A DNA stretch of 64,000 nt from NCBI GenBank assembly GCA_963665275.2, contig CAXXIN010000012.1, positions 84,330 through 148,329 on the forward strand, in the 5' to 3' direction. This DNA comes from Negativicutes bacterium. GTDB lineage: Bacteria; Bacillota; Negativicutes; UBA1444. Both the position numbers and the translations under genes were made by a program. This document shows positions 8,727 through 18,513 of this stretch, piece by piece (within the stretch, counting starts at the first letter, position 1; every line of letters begins with the position of its first letter). The notes under the pieces were generated by a model. It worked only from the letters and a program-made list of their open reading frames with translations. It made no database searches and had not been told where the DNA came from.

Positions 8727-9143
8727 TTGGATATTCGATTTAAAAAGGGATGGGACAAACTCCGGGAAATTGATGGCGAAGCAGGAGAAGCTGTGGTGCA
8801 ATCACTACACGACATTGCTCCGGATTTGGGGAAGTATATCATTGAGTTCGCGTTCGGCGACATTTACTCACGACCCGGGTTGAATTTGCAGCACAGACAA
8901 TTGGTAACGATTGCGTCTTTGACTACACAGGGCAACTGTGAACCGCAACTTGAGGTTCATATCAATGCAGCGTTAAATGTAGGCTTGTCGCCCAATCAAA
9001 TTATTGAAGCGATCCTGCACTGTAGCCCGTACATCGGATTCCCACGTGTAATAAATGCCGTAAAAGTGGGACAAAAAGTTTTTGACAAAAGAGAAGTACA
9101 GCCTGTTTGGGAGGAGGGAGCGGACAATGCGTCTTCGGACTAG
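8727..9143 (+). CDS. carboxymuconolactone decarboxylase (CMD) family protein
   Basis: FAFGDIYSRPGL...RQLVTIASL...QLEVHINAALNVG...YIGFPR; TTG start after RBS GGAGG. Confidence 0.9.
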   Translation: MDIRFKKGWDKLREIDGEAGEAVVQSLHDIAPDLGKYIIEFAFGDIYSRPGLNLQHRQLVTIASLTTQGNCEPQLEVHINAALNVGLSPNQIIEAILHCSPYIGFPRVINAVKVGQKVFDKREVQPVWEEGADNASSD

Positions 9144-9996
9144 GTCAACCCAATGGGTGGTTGGAAGCCTGTTGTTGTTTTTGGCACTACTGTCAGGATG
9201 CCAGTCTGCTACTAGTCAAATGACGGGGAAAAGGCCGGATTCACAAGCGGCAATGACAGCAAGTAAACCGAAAGGAACCATGATGGCAACAATAACAGCA
9301 AAAACAGGTTTTAATGCCCCAACGGCGATAACGTTTGATCCCGCAGGGAATATGTATGTTGCAAACTGGAATGACGGCACGGTATCGAGAGTGGACAGCA
9401 CCGACAATAGGAAAACCTTCGCTTCAATCGACGGATCACCTGCAGGACTTGCTTTTGACAAGCAGGGAAACCTATATGTGTCGGATTATAGAGAAAATAT
9501 TTATCGCGTCAGTCCCGATGGGGCTACAACTATTTTTGCAACAGGATTGCATACTCCGACAGGGATCGCCTTCAACAAAAGTGGAGAGTTGCTTGTGACA
9601 AACCGGAGTAGTAATGAACTGGTAAAAGTATCGCCGACAGGAAATGTTTCCGTTTTAGAACGGGGATTGCGAACTCCAGTGGGTGTCGTGGAGCATCCTG
9701 ACGGCACGCTTTATGTTTCGAATTACGGCGGCGGTATTACCAAAATTTCACCTGGTGGTTCTGCAACGACGATAGGAGCTAATTTTGTTACACCAGGATG
9801 CGGGATTGTAATTTTCCATGGCGATGTTCTGGTTGTCGATTATGGACAAGGAACGATTAAAAATCTAGGACCGGATGGGACACAATTGAGTGTGGTTGCA
9901 CAAAATCTCAAACAGCCGGTTGCGCTGGGAGTACATCCACAGGGCAATTTATATGTTGGCACCTGGGGTGATGGCTCGGTTTATTTATTAGATTAA
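9127..9996 (+). CDS. NHL/SMP-30-like beta-propeller lipoprotein
   Basis: Lipobox LLSGC; repeated blades of the form P.G.AFD..GNLYV; RBS GGAGG before ATG 9127. Confidence 0.82.
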   Translation: MRLRTRSTQWVVGSLLLFLALLSGCQSATSQMTGKRPDSQAAMTASKPKGTMMATITAKTGFNAPTAITFDPAGNMYVANWNDGTVSRVDSTDNRKTFASIDGSPAGLAFDKQGNLYVSDYRENIYRVSPDGATTIFATGLHTPTGIAFNKSGELLVTNRSSNELVKVSPTGNVSVLERGLRTPVGVVEHPDGTLYVSNYGGGITKISPGGSATTIGANFVTPGCGIVIFHGDVLVVDYGQGTIKNLGPDGTQLSVVAQNLKQPVALGVHPQGNLYVGTWGDGSVYLLD

Positions 9997-10035
9997 CTAG
10001 ATTATGAGGCGAGTTCGAATCGCGTTGTCGGACAC

Positions 10036-10072
10036 AAAAAAGCGCTTTCGGTTTTTCGCCGGAAGCGCTTTT
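10036..10072. terminator. bidirectional intrinsic terminator
   Basis: AAAAAAGCGCTTTCGG-loop-CCGGAAGCGCTTTT between convergent genes. Confidence 0.75.
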
Positions 10073-10121
10073 ACATTATATTCAGCCGAAAAAATCAAAA
10101 GAAATTGCATCGTTACCGTCT

Positions 10122-11153
10122 TTATATCGTATTCTTTTTCGCGGCAGCCTCTCGTACCGATTCCCTATCGCACCGGATAAAAGCCATCAGTTCTTTGGCC
10201 GTCTGCGAATACAGTTTCGTTTCCTCATAATCAGGTTCTCCGCCGGACAAATGCTGCATCAATACTCCGTCCGTCCCAAACCAGCGGGGTGCAAGTCCTC
10301 CGAAGAAAAAGCCGTTATGCCGCAGCAATTCGACCGCTTCGCCAATTGCTGGGCAAGCTGCGTTCAGCACTACCTGCAAACTGACCACCTGCCGCCTGTC
10401 GGCCTCAGTCAGCAGTTCCTCCACCACCGTCGCCCAATCGCCGCCGATCGAGCTCACCGCTACTTTCCAGGTTTTCGCAAAGTCATAATACTTATCCTCT
10501 CGGACTGTATCGCCTGCCGCCGGCAAGGCTGCCGACGACGTCAGAAAAGTCCGGGGTCGTAGCGGCGCGGCCAGTCGTCGCAAATACTCATCATACCTGG
10601 CAGGCAAATACTCTGGCGCCACAGGGTCAGAAAGTTCCGAAAAATTCAGTACGCAGGATACTCGTGCCATGCCTGCCTTATTGCTTTTTCCGTCTTTAAA
10701 ACTGGCGCCGTCCAATTGATCCAGCTCCAGCGCACAGTCGACAAATCCTGACTTTATTGCGCTGACTTGGGTGAAATAATGACAGCAGACCGCTTCGCTG
10801 AAAATCCCGTCATTGCCAGACATTCTACACATTGTCGGATCAAAATAAAAGCACGCCAATTCCAATGACACAGCAGACTGGGCATAAGCCGGATCAACCA
10901 ACATATTTCCGGCTTCCCACAGCCGGAAGTTAGGGGCTGACTTGAAGAAAGAAATGTAACCTGCGGGATGCCCCTCGGCAGTCAACGCCAAAGCGGCCGT
11001 CAACTTTTCAGCTTGAATATCCCGCCACAACACGTCAGGTTGATACACGTCCTTGACGGGAAAGTCCTCACCATACAGCGCACGAAAAACAGCGCCCACA
11101 TGGTGTGCATTGTTTTTCCCTACCGCAACAATTTGAAACATTTTTTCCAACAT
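10122..11153 (-). CDS. tandem GNAT-like domain protein (putative acyltransferase)
   Basis: Aligns by eye to the N-terminal ~330 aa of 23734..26319 (YGEDFPV.VY.P, EAVCCHYFTQ, GFFFGGLAPRWFGTDGVLMQ). Start moved to ATG 11153. Confidence 0.7.
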   Translation of the reverse strand: MLEKMFQIVAVGKNNAHHVGAVFRALYGEDFPVKDVYQPDVLWRDIQAEKLTAALALTAEGHPAGYISFFKSAPNFRLWEAGNMLVDPAYAQSAVSLELACFYFDPTMCRMSGNDGIFSEAVCCHYFTQVSAIKSGFVDCALELDQLDGASFKDGKSNKAGMARVSCVLNFSELSDPVAPEYLPARYDEYLRRLAAPLRPRTFLTSSAALPAAGDTVREDKYYDFAKTWKVAVSSIGGDWATVVEELLTEADRRQVVSLQVVLNAACPAIGEAVELLRHNGFFFGGLAPRWFGTDGVLMQHLSGGEPDYEETKLYSQTAKELMAFIRCDRESVREAAAKKNTI

Positions 11154-11181
11154 TGGTCTTACCCCTTTTCTTCCGCGACTA

Positions 11182-11430
11182 TTATTTTGCGATTCGTTTA
11201 TCCAGATAGGCCACTGCATATGCGATAGTCGTCATTTCTTTTACATCTTCCTGTGGAATCGTTATCGCAAAGGTTTCTTCCGCCATTACCAGAAGTTCGG
11301 TGTAATCAAGCGAATCCAGTTTGAGGTTCTCCACCAGCAAAGCTTCCGGTTTCAAATCCGCCTCTGTGATATTTTTCTTTTTTAGTTTCAAAATGATTGC
11401 CTTTACTTTTTCCAATGTTGTCATGTTCAT
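11182..11430 (-). CDS. acyl carrier protein
   Basis: About 80 aa; LKLDSLD phosphopantetheine Ser motif, EETFAITIP. Confidence 0.9.
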   Translation of the reverse strand: MNMTTLEKVKAIILKLKKKNITEADLKPEALLVENLKLDSLDYTELLVMAEETFAITIPQEDVKEMTTIAYAVAYLDKRIAK

Positions 11431-11551
11431 CCATCCTTTCATTTTTAGCTTGTCTTTTTTCATGAACTTTATCCGGAATAATTTCTGCAACCTATGGCAT
11501 TCCCCCTTTAAATTGAAAACCAAATTAACTCCTTGCCGGAATTGGCAGAAG

Positions 11552-12541
11552 TCAAATCCAACGCATAATGATGGACCCCCAGGCTAGTCCTCCGCCAAAT
11601 CCGGTCAGCGCAATCACATCGCCGGACTCAATCCGTCCGGTTTCCAACGCCTCGAAAAGAGCTATTGGAATGGTGGCGGATGATGTATTTCCGTACTTCT
11701 CCACATTGACCATAAATTTTTCCATCGGTAAGTCCATGCGCCGGGCGGCAGCTTCAATAATCCGACGGTTTGCCTGGTGCGGGATGATCAGTTTCAGATC
11801 TTCCCTGCGCAAATTCGCCAGCGTTAATGCCTGATCAGTGACTTCCGGCAACATTTTCATCGCAAATTTGAAAACCTCCGGCCCGTTCATCTGTATCTTA
11901 TTCATTTTGTCCGCTATCACTTCCGCCGTCGCCGGCTTCCGCGACCCGCCTGCCGGAACCATCATAAAGTTGGCCCCAGACCCATCCGCGCCGAGCTTCG
12001 CCGACAATATGCCATAGCCGGAAGGAACCTGACGCAATACCACCGCACCGGCCCCATCTCCGATAAGCATGCAGGTATCCTTATCCGACCAATTAATTAC
12101 CCGGGACACCGCCTCGGTTCCAATCACCAACACCGTCCGGGAAAATTCATTGGCAATAAACTGGGCGCCGACTGTCAGTGCATACACAAACCCCGAACAA
12201 ACTGCAGTCAGGTCAAACGCCGGAATATTTTTGATTCCCAAACGCTCCTGAATGATACAGGCAGTCGACGGGAACTGCATATCCGGGGTTGAGGTGGAAA
12301 CGATGATCAGATCCACTTCGTCCGGAGACACTCCCGCCCGGGCCAACGCCCGCTGTGCGGCAATAACGCCCAGATCGGAGGCTGCCTGCGAGGGCGCGGC
12401 GATATGGCGCTCCCTGATCCCCGACATGGATTCGATCCATTCTTCTGTGGCATCTATCATCCCTGCCAACTCAGCATTGGTCAATACTTTTTCCGGCGCA
12501 TACATCCCAACGCCTATGATCCCGGCACTAATCTCAGACAT
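11552..12541 (-). CDS. fabH: 3-oxoacyl-ACP synthase III (FabH family), copy 1
   Basis: AVCSGF, PHQAN and YGNTSSA give the Cys-His-Asn triad; GFGGGL. Confidence 0.93.
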   Translation of the reverse strand: MSEISAGIIGVGMYAPEKVLTNAELAGMIDATEEWIESMSGIRERHIAAPSQAASDLGVIAAQRALARAGVSPDEVDLIIVSTSTPDMQFPSTACIIQERLGIKNIPAFDLTAVCSGFVYALTVGAQFIANEFSRTVLVIGTEAVSRVINWSDKDTCMLIGDGAGAVVLRQVPSGYGILSAKLGADGSGANFMMVPAGGSRKPATAEVIADKMNKIQMNGPEVFKFAMKMLPEVTDQALTLANLRREDLKLIIPHQANRRIIEAAARRMDLPMEKFMVNVEKYGNTSSATIPIALFEALETGRIESGDVIALTGFGGGLAWGSIIMRWI

Positions 12542-12574
12542 GTTAATTCTCCCCCTCTTTCCAAGACAATCGAG

Positions 12575-13570
12575 TCAAATCCACCGCATCACAATCGATC
12601 CCCAGGTCAAGCCTGCGCCAAATCCGGTTAACACTACCACGTCACCCGATTTTATCCGACCGCTCTCCAATGCCTCATGCATCGCAATCGGAATGGAAGC
12701 CGAAGAAGTATTGCCATAGCGATCCAAATTCACCATAAACTTTTCCATAGGCAAGTCAAGACGTCGGGCCGCCGCCTCAATGATTCGAATATTGGCCTGG
12801 TGCGGAACAATCAGGTCGATATCATCTTTGCGCAAACCAGCAAGCGCCAGTGCCTGTTCCGTAACTTCCGGCAACATCTTCATGGCAAATTTAAATACTT
12901 CCGGCCCATCCATATGGAGTTTATTTCGGTTGGCTTCGATCAACTCCGGTGTCACAGGCAGCCGTGAACCACCCGCCGGCAGCTGCAGATGTTTGCCGCC
13001 GGCGCCATCCGAGCCAATCTTCATCGACAAAATTCCGCTACCCTGCGCAGTCGGCTGCAACGCAACAGCACCCGCTCCGTCCGCCAACAATATGCAGGTC
13101 TCGCGATCCGTCCAATTCGTCACTTTCGACAAAACTTCGGTCCCAATAACCAATACGGTCCGGCAAAAATCATTCGCAATAAATTGCGCCGCAATCGTGA
13201 GTGCGTAAATGAAACCCGTGCAACCCGCCGTCACATCGAAGGCCGGTATATTTTTGATGCCCAAACGATCCTGAATGATGCAGGCTGTCGAGGGAAACTG
13301 CATGTCAGCCGTCGCTGTCGCGACGATGATCAACCCCACTTCATCTGCAGAAACACCGGCCTGCGCCAACGCCCGCTGCGCCGCTATCACGCCTAGGTCA
13401 GAAGCCGCCTGTGAATCTTCTGCTATTCGTCGTTCCTTGATCCCGGTACGTTCCTGAATCCATTCATCACTGGTGTCGACCATCTTTGCAATTTCATCGT
13501 TCGTCAGCACTTTATCAGGCAGACACACTCCAATTCCGACGATTCCTGCTTTGACTCTTTTGTTTATCAT
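12575..13570 (-). CDS. fabH: 3-oxoacyl-ACP synthase III (FabH family), copy 2
   Basis: AGCTGF, PHQAN, YGNTSSAS, GFGAGL; RBS GGAGG before ATG 13570. Confidence 0.93.
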   Translation of the reverse strand: MINKRVKAGIVGIGVCLPDKVLTNDEIAKMVDTSDEWIQERTGIKERRIAEDSQAASDLGVIAAQRALAQAGVSADEVGLIIVATATADMQFPSTACIIQDRLGIKNIPAFDVTAGCTGFIYALTIAAQFIANDFCRTVLVIGTEVLSKVTNWTDRETCILLADGAGAVALQPTAQGSGILSMKIGSDGAGGKHLQLPAGGSRLPVTPELIEANRNKLHMDGPEVFKFAMKMLPEVTEQALALAGLRKDDIDLIVPHQANIRIIEAAARRLDLPMEKFMVNLDRYGNTSSASIPIAMHEALESGRIKSGDVVVLTGFGAGLTWGSIVMRWI

Positions 13571-13677
13571 TCCGATATCCTCCACCAACAAACTTCACTT
13601 ATCTTCGATAAAATCTTCTAATATATATTTTTTTGTTCTAGCTATTACCCTGCGGTTTTTCAGGATGGTGATCGACT

Positions 13678-15615
13678 TTATTCATTCTCGCAATTGGGTC
13701 CAAAATAGCGCAGCGCAAGCATCGTAATATCGTCGGACTGTTCCGCCCCTGCGGTGAACCGCGCCAGTTCTTCGGTCATTCCATTCACCAGTCCGACACA
13801 ATCCTGTTGCCGTAATCTGGATAAGGTCTCTTGGGTCCGATCATTGCCGAATAAGCGATTTTCTTTATCCATCGCTTCATTGACTCCGTCCGTGTAAAGA
13901 TACAGCGAATCGCCAGCCTGCAACACCAGCTCCGCCTCATCGAAGCTCATATCCTCCATAGCTCCGGCCAGGGTTCCCTTGGTGCGGGGCAAAAAGTTCG
14001 GTTCCCCTGCCGCCTCCGTTAAAAACGGCAGATTGTGTCCGCCGTTGGCCCAACGGAATTTTCCTGTCGGCAGATGCACCACCCCGCAGAATAACGTCAC
14101 GAACATGTTGGCATCATTGTTGCGGGCCAGTTCATTGTTGACCCGCACCAGCACTTTCCCTGGCGAGCGTTCCTCCTGTACGAAAGCGCGCAAGAATGTC
14201 CGCGTAACCGCCATGAACAGAGCCGCCGCAATTCCCTTGCCGGAGACATCCCCGATGACGATCCATAAATGGTCTGAATCAGGCATCATAAAATCATAGA
14301 AATCGCCACCCACTTCACGGGCCGGCGTCATCATCGCGTGAAGATCAAAGTCCTTTCGTGCAGGGAACGGCGGGAACGTTTTGGGTACCAGTTCCATCTG
14401 AATGCTCTGCGCGATTCGAAGCTCGCTTTCGATCCGTTCTTTGGCTGTAGCCGCATCCTGCAGCAACACAATATGTTTTTCCAACTCATCACGCATGGCC
14501 GCAAAAGAATTTGCCAGATTCGCCACTTCATCCTGCCCTGGAATCTGCGGCAGCGGAGCATTCAGGTCTCCTCCAGCCAGCGCCCGTGTGGCGTCGGCCA
14601 ATTTACGCAGCGGCCCGGTAATGGAGCGGGAAATCAACAGAATCACCGGCAACAGGAACAGAAAGCCGACGAACCCGATAGCGCTTTCCTTACGACTAAG
14701 TTCAGCGACTTTCGCCATCACTTCCGCCTCCGGAAAAAAAATGCCGATAGACCAACCGGTTGATTGAATGGGACGATACATCAGCCACCCTTCCTGCCCG
14801 GAAAAGATACTCCCGGTAGCAACGAACCCACTCCGCCCCTGGACCATCTCACGTCCGAGACTTCGCAGCTGGCTATTATGCTGCTCTTCCGCCTGGCTGA
14901 AAATGTTTTCCTTCAGGATCAGCTCTCGATTGGGGTGAGTGATAAAGGTACCGTTTTTCGAAAGCAGAAATGCATAACCGCCTTTGCCGAGAGGCAATGA
15001 ATCCAGCAAATCAGACAGCCATTCCAAAGAAATATCACTGGCAACCACGCCTCGGAAAACACCCGCACTATCGCGAATCGGCGAAGAGTAAGTGACCATG
15101 AGCGTGTTCCCTCTCGACTCCGCCCGGTAGGGTTCACTCCAACCCGCCTGCTTCATCATCTGCGGAATTGAGTACCAGTCCTGAACAAAATAGGGCGTTG
15201 CCTGTTTCCCGCGATCAGCCTGCACCAACTGGTTCCAGGAACGGAAAACATAAGGCGATGTATAGGCTTCGTTATAACCGAAGGCCCCCGGTTCCAAAGC
15301 CACAGAGGCGCCATAAATCTCCTCATTGTCCCGAACCAGCCGCTCCAGCAAAGCGTAAACTGTATCCTGACGAGACGGCGCCTGCAATTCCATCCGGCCA
15401 TCCATGCCACTGACTATTTTTCGCACCGCCACTTCAATCAGTTCGATCCGAGCAGTCGTCGCACGGGCCAGTTGTTCAGCCTTTGCTTCCTGTTCCTGCT
15501 CCAGGATCTGACGCGCCACGACATATCCGTAGCCGATCACAGCGGCTAAAGTGAGAACGGACGCCAACAAAACCGACACCGACAGCCGCCAGGTAATACT
15601 CAATTTACGGAACAT
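13678..15615 (-). CDS. membrane-bound Cache-HAMP-PP2C (SpoIIE/RsbU-family) phosphatase
   Basis: Two TM helices flank a Cache-like domain (DWY, WSEPY); HAMP (PL..L, DEV..LA.SF); EVGGDFYD, GDVSGKG, YTDGVNEA, QSDDIT. Confidence 0.92.
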   Translation of the reverse strand: MFRKLSITWRLSVSVLLASVLTLAAVIGYGYVVARQILEQEQEAKAEQLARATTARIELIEVAVRKIVSGMDGRMELQAPSRQDTVYALLERLVRDNEEIYGASVALEPGAFGYNEAYTSPYVFRSWNQLVQADRGKQATPYFVQDWYSIPQMMKQAGWSEPYRAESRGNTLMVTYSSPIRDSAGVFRGVVASDISLEWLSDLLDSLPLGKGGYAFLLSKNGTFITHPNRELILKENIFSQAEEQHNSQLRSLGREMVQGRSGFVATGSIFSGQEGWLMYRPIQSTGWSIGIFFPEAEVMAKVAELSRKESAIGFVGFLFLLPVILLISRSITGPLRKLADATRALAGGDLNAPLPQIPGQDEVANLANSFAAMRDELEKHIVLLQDAATAKERIESELRIAQSIQMELVPKTFPPFPARKDFDLHAMMTPAREVGGDFYDFMMPDSDHLWIVIGDVSGKGIAAALFMAVTRTFLRAFVQEERSPGKVLVRVNNELARNNDANMFVTLFCGVVHLPTGKFRWANGGHNLPFLTEAAGEPNFLPRTKGTLAGAMEDMSFDEAELVLQAGDSLYLYTDGVNEAMDKENRLFGNDRTQETLSRLRQQDCVGLVNGMTEELARFTAGAEQSDDITMLALRYFGPNCENE

Positions 15616-16612
15616 AGCCAAGCCCTCCGCCGGTGAAATCATCATAGAATGGCGACTGTTGCAGCAACCCCTGTTGACGCATCACCTGAACAGTTCTGGA
15701 GTAGTCTTGCCGGGATAACCTGCCGAAAGCCCATGAATCCTGTGCCCCCGGAATCACGCTGGTCAGGATCTTTTCCAGCATCCATTTCATGTGGGGCCGA
15801 TTCGTCGGCACATTATCTTTGATAACATACTGCATCACAATATCGAGCGCCTCGTCCGGATTCTCAGCCGCATACTTCCACCCGGCCAACGAAGCTTCGC
15901 GGAAATTGCGCGCCTGTTCAGGATTTTTCGTCAAGGCATCCCTGGTTGTATAAATCCCGTCCTCCGGAAAGCCAAACTCATCATCCCGCAGAAAGAACAG
16001 TTTCAGTTCGTCCATATCGATGCCTGTTTGATAAGCCATGTGAACTTCGTTGTAGTTCATTGCTGAACATGCCACGACTCCCTGCTGCAGGAAAAGGTTC
16101 ACAGAGTAGTACTGGGGTACAACCTCCGGGCGGGCATTCATTGCTTGCAACCAGGCGGCATACGGTGCGCGGAAGTCTCCGCCCCAGACACTGATTTTTT
16201 TGCCGGACAAATCGGACAGCGTAGAAATATTGTCCTTCTTCCAAGTCATCAACACTAAATTCGAGGAGTTAACGACCTGGGCCAGGTTCACCAGCGGGAT
16301 ATCCTTTTCACTGCGAGCGAGAGCCGCGCTCAGCCATAACGAAGCAAAATCCACTTCGCCCCGGATGAGAAAATCCGCAGCATCCAGTCCCGGACCGCCG
16401 GGGACGATGGAAACATCAAGTCCCTTATCCTTATAAAAACCTTTTTCCAGAGCGACGTAATACCCTGCGAACTGAGCCTGATGACTCCATTGCAGCATGA
16501 GACGTACCGGTTGAAGCTCAGTTGCCTGCACCGGAAGCATCCATAACAGCACCAGTATCAAAACAACCAGAGAAACCGGCAACCGCCCGGATGTTCGACT
16601 ATTTATCACCAT
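15605..16612 (-). CDS. NMT1/THI5-like substrate-binding protein
   Basis: Signal peptide; LQWSHQAQFAGYYVALEKGFY...GLDV motif. Confidence 0.88.
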   Translation of the reverse strand: MVINSRTSGRLPVSLVVLILVLLWMLPVQATELQPVRLMLQWSHQAQFAGYYVALEKGFYKDKGLDVSIVPGGPGLDAADFLIRGEVDFASLWLSAALARSEKDIPLVNLAQVVNSSNLVLMTWKKDNISTLSDLSGKKISVWGGDFRAPYAAWLQAMNARPEVVPQYYSVNLFLQQGVVACSAMNYNEVHMAYQTGIDMDELKLFFLRDDEFGFPEDGIYTTRDALTKNPEQARNFREASLAGWKYAAENPDEALDIVMQYVIKDNVPTNRPHMKWMLEKILTSVIPGAQDSWAFGRLSRQDYSRTVQVMRQQGLLQQSPFYDDFTGGGLGYVP

Positions 16613-17015
16613 AACGCACAGCCAATGACAGGATGTTGCGGTCCCCGCTGCGACTGTAGTGCACCTCGTCCAGCATCCTGCGAATCAGAAAAATACCCAG
16701 ACCGCCAACTTCACGGTTTTCCAGCTCCGACTTGATATCCGGCGCATCCGCCGCCAATGGATCGAAAGGAACGCCGACATCAGTCAACTCAATGCGAACA
16801 ACCTCCGCTTCCCGCGAAATCCGGATCGTAACTTCGCCGGGCGGAATTTCATAGGCATAGCTGCAAATATTGACAGCCGCTTCTTCCACCGCCAGTTCCA
16901 AATGCATTACCCGTTTTGGGTGAACGCCCATTGCGGTTGCAGTTTCTGAAACGAATCCCACAATATCGGGTATCGTTTCCATAGTGGCCGCAAAAGTTTT
17001 TTCCACACCGTCCAT
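16599..17015 (-). CDS. RsbW-like anti-sigma factor / Ser-Thr kinase (HATPase)
   Basis: LAVEEAAVNI (N box), DVGVPFDP (G1), GGLGIFLI (G2). Confidence 0.9.
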   Translation of the reverse strand: MDGVEKTFAATMETIPDIVGFVSETATAMGVHPKRVMHLELAVEEAAVNICSYAYEIPPGEVTIRISREAEVVRIELTDVGVPFDPLAADAPDIKSELENREVGGLGIFLIRRMLDEVHYSRSGDRNILSLAVRYGDK

Positions 17016-17353
17016 TATTTGTCCTCCCCGGCAGTTGCCTGCTCTACATCAGCATATACCGTCAGAATATTGTCGAAACCGGATATCGAGATAACCTCCT
17101 CAACCAAACCGGATAGGGAACAGAGGGATAGACTACCGTTAAGGGGTTTCACTTTTTTGGTAGCGGCAAGAATACTGCGGAGACCGGCGCTGCTGATATA
17201 CTCCAGGCCGCCGAAATCGAGTACGAGTCGGTGATGTCCCTCGGCAATCCAGTCCAGACAAGCTTTTTCAAACTGCGCTGCATTTCCGATATCAAGGCGC
17301 CCCTCCAAACGAATCACCCAAAAGCCGTTTTTCTCTTTTGTGCTTAAATTCAT
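17015..17353 (-). CDS. STAS domain anti-anti-sigma factor (RsbV-like)
   Basis: LEGRLD; LDFGGLEYISSAGLR carrying the phosphoacceptor Ser; ISGF. Confidence 0.9.
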   Translation of the reverse strand: MNLSTKEKNGFWVIRLEGRLDIGNAAQFEKACLDWIAEGHHRLVLDFGGLEYISSAGLRSILAATKKVKPLNGSLSLCSLSGLVEEVISISGFDNILTVYADVEQATAGEDK

Positions 17354-17394
17354 GTTGTTCAACCCTCCATATTTTATATTCATGCAAGCTCATA

Positions 17395-18513
17395 TTATGG
17401 CAAAATGTTTTTCAATGCCGCAACCAATTTCTCCATGACCGGCAACATTCCGAGCGTCACCCTAATGTGGTTGGGAAAACGGAATCCCGTCATCGACCGC
17501 ACCATGATTCCCTGGCGCATCAACTTTCGATACGCCAGCGTATCGCTCATCGGCAACCGAATCACCATATAGTTCCCTTCGCCGGAAATATACGGCAATC
17601 CCATTCGGGTCAGTTCCGTTTCGAGAAAACGCCTTGCTTCCCCCACCATCCGGCGGGTCCGTGCAACATGCTCTTCTGCGTCAAGAAGGGACCCCAGAGC
17701 GGCCTGCTGTGCTATGGAATTGACCGAGTACACCACGCAGGTTCGCCGGATCACATCCACCAATTTTTCTTGCCCGGCTAAAAAGCCAATTCGCAGCGCC
17801 GCCAGCGCAAACATTTTCGAAAAAGTCCGAAACACCAATAAATTCGGGTATTCCCGCATCAGCTCCATTCCGTTGGGAAAATCCGGTGCATCAACAAATT
17901 CGCCATAGGCCTCATCAACCACCACGATCTGTCGCCCATCCACCTGGTCGAGAAACTTGCGCAACCGTTCTTCGTTCCAATAAGTTCCGGTCGGATTGTT
18001 CGGATTGCAGATAAAAATGATTTTGGTGCGCGCATCGACCGCCGCCAGCATCGCCGCTTCATCATAGCCATAATCAGCTGCCAGTGGAACGAGCCGGGCT
18101 TCATAGCCGGAAAACTCCGCCACCCACTCATACACTGCGAACGTCTTGTCGGTGGTGATGATATTATCGCCTACCTGACAAAAAGCATTGATTACAAACG
18201 CAATGACTTCGTTGGCGCCATTGCCGACAATAAAAGAGTCCGGCGAATGTCCGAACTTCTCCGCCAGCTTCCGCCGCAAATGATAGGCGTCGCCGCTCGG
18301 ATAGATCGCTGCCTGAACCGGGTCCATCGCCCGGATGGCTTCCAAAGCTTTGGGCGATGGGCCGAGAGCATTTTCATTATTGTTCAGACGATAAAGAACC
18401 GGGCAGCCGAACATCTGTCGCAGCACATCATCGGGCTTATTGGGAATATACGGCTCGATTTTTTGAATGTGACGGGGAACCAGCGTCTCCAGCGGCGGAA
18501 ATGGATGATTCAC
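17395..18513 (-). CDS. PLP-dependent aminotransferase, histidinol-phosphate transaminase-like
   Basis: LNNNEN, CNPNNPTG, DEAY, and RTFSK (PLP Lys). No his operon context, so the substrate is uncertain. Confidence 0.85.
   Translation of the reverse strand: MNHPFPPLETLVPRHIQKIEPYIPNKPDDVLRQMFGCPVLYRLNNNENALGPSPKALEAIRAMDPVQAAIYPSGDAYHLRRKLAEKFGHSPDSFIVGNGANEVIAFVINAFCQVGDNIITTDKTFAVYEWVAEFSGYEARLVPLAADYGYDEAAMLAAVDARTKIIFICNPNNPTGTYWNEERLRKFLDQVDGRQIVVVDEAYGEFVDAPDFPNGMELMREYPNLLVFRTFSKMFALAALRIGFLAGQEKLVDVIRRTCVVYSVNSIAQQAALGSLLDAEEHVARTRRMVGEARRFLETELTRMGLPYISGEGNYMVIRLPMSDTLAYRKLMRQGIMVRSMTGFRFPNHIRVTLGMLPVMEKLVAALKNILP

Noticed and set aside
13640-13660. GGGTAA resembling a sigmaB -10 element upstream of the fabH pair
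   Set aside because: No GTTT -35 element at the right spacing, so sigmaB-type control cannot be supported.
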